Source of the DNA: a virus
IMG/VR virus record: IMGVR_UViG_3300021091_000014
Coordinates: 92,638 to 156,637 of that record
Strand: one strand, 5' to 3'
Length of the DNA stretch: 64,000 nt
Shown: positions 63,430 to 64,000 of the stretch, piece by piece
How positions within the stretch are numbered: the stretch's first letter is position 1
How the letters are laid out: each line of letters begins with the position of its first letter
Notes under the pieces: generated by a model
What the model was told of the DNA's origin: nothing
Database searches by the model: none
The model's input: only the letters and a program-made list of their open reading frames with translations
Program-made: the position numbers and the translations under genes

Positions 63430-64000
63430 ATGACTAGATTTTCTAAGTTTAATAAAAGCTTTTCTAAAGCTATAGTGTCAAGAGCGGAATCCACAGAACC
63501 AGAACTCAAACATAGAGTGTCAGTGACTATTTCTGACCCTCTGCATAGCATGGTTTCTAAGCAAGGGGAAAAAATGGAAAAGAAAATCCGTCTCTACGCT
63601 AAAGATGAAAAGCATGCCCAGGAACTAGCCAAGCATCATTTTAAAAAACAGGGCTACAAAGTCCATGATTCTAACTATATTGGTGTCGTAGAAGCAAAAG
63701 AAAGTGTAAATGAAATCTCGGCTAATACCGCTATGAGCTATCTCCATAAAACTTACGACACAAAAGGATATAGAGATCATACTCCTCAAACTAAAAAAGG
63801 TATTGAGCGGGCTACTAAAAAGGTATCCCAAGATGCTATGAGAAAAGATTATGAAAGATCATCTAAACTTGGTCTCTCTACTGAAGAAGTAGAGAAAGTA
63901 GATGAAATTTCAAACGAACTCTTACAACGCTATAAACAAAAAGCTGGCGCTCAGGTAGACAATCCTGCTACACCTTCAAGTATGAAATACAAAAGAGGTA
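63430..64000 (+). CDS. Probable internal head protein (partial, runs off the window)
   Basis: MTRFSKF start; repeated VNEIS/VDEIS modules shared with ORF 21876; AATAAATA at 63401. Confidence 0.6.
   Translation, partial: MTRFSKFNKSFSKAIVSRAESTEPELKHRVSVTISDPLHSMVSKQGEKMEKKIRLYAKDEKHAQELAKHHFKKQGYKVHDSNYIGVVEAKESVNEISANTAMSYLHKTYDTKGYRDHTPQTKKGIERATKKVSQDAMRKDYERSSKLGLSTEEVEKVDEISNELLQRYKQKAGAQVDNPATPSSMKYKRG

Overview
This AT-rich 64-kb window is part of a T4-like (Tevenvirinae/Kyanoviridae-style) myophage genome in the standard genetic code, with almost every real gene on the + strand. Order: fibre/collagen module (1-11 kb); neck, terminase, tail and head genes gp13-gp23 and gp3 (11-26.7 kb); uvsY-uvsW-gp55-gp47-denV-like-gp46-def (26.7-33.4 kb); a ~10-kb 7-deazaguanine/nucleotide-metabolism island (33.4-43.5 kb); gp45-gp44-gp62-regA-hsp20-gp43-uvsX-gp41 (43.5-57 kb); then small accessory, membrane and virion genes. 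T4-type late promoters (TATAAATA) and sigma70-like early promoters are visible. No tRNA, CRISPR, integrase or photosynthesis gene was recognised, and the host cannot be assigned. Two systems stand out. (1) One 670-aa protein fuses a COLGALT-like GT25 domain, a PLOD/LH3-like glycosyltransferase domain and a PLOD-like lysyl hydroxylase domain. It lies directly upstream of nearly Pro-free, X-Lys-Gly-rich collagen fibre genes, so it looks like a one-protein version of the animal Lys->Hyl->Gal-Hyl->Glc-Gal-Hyl pathway next to its substrate. (2) A complete folE/queD/queE/queC/queF set with a divergent TGT/DpdA-like protein, formyltransferase, PRTase, kinase, MazG-like, HAD and dUTPase-family genes suggests formyl-preQ1 DNA modification, possibly made at the nucleotide-pool level. 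All assignments come from motif recognition by eye; no searches were run.
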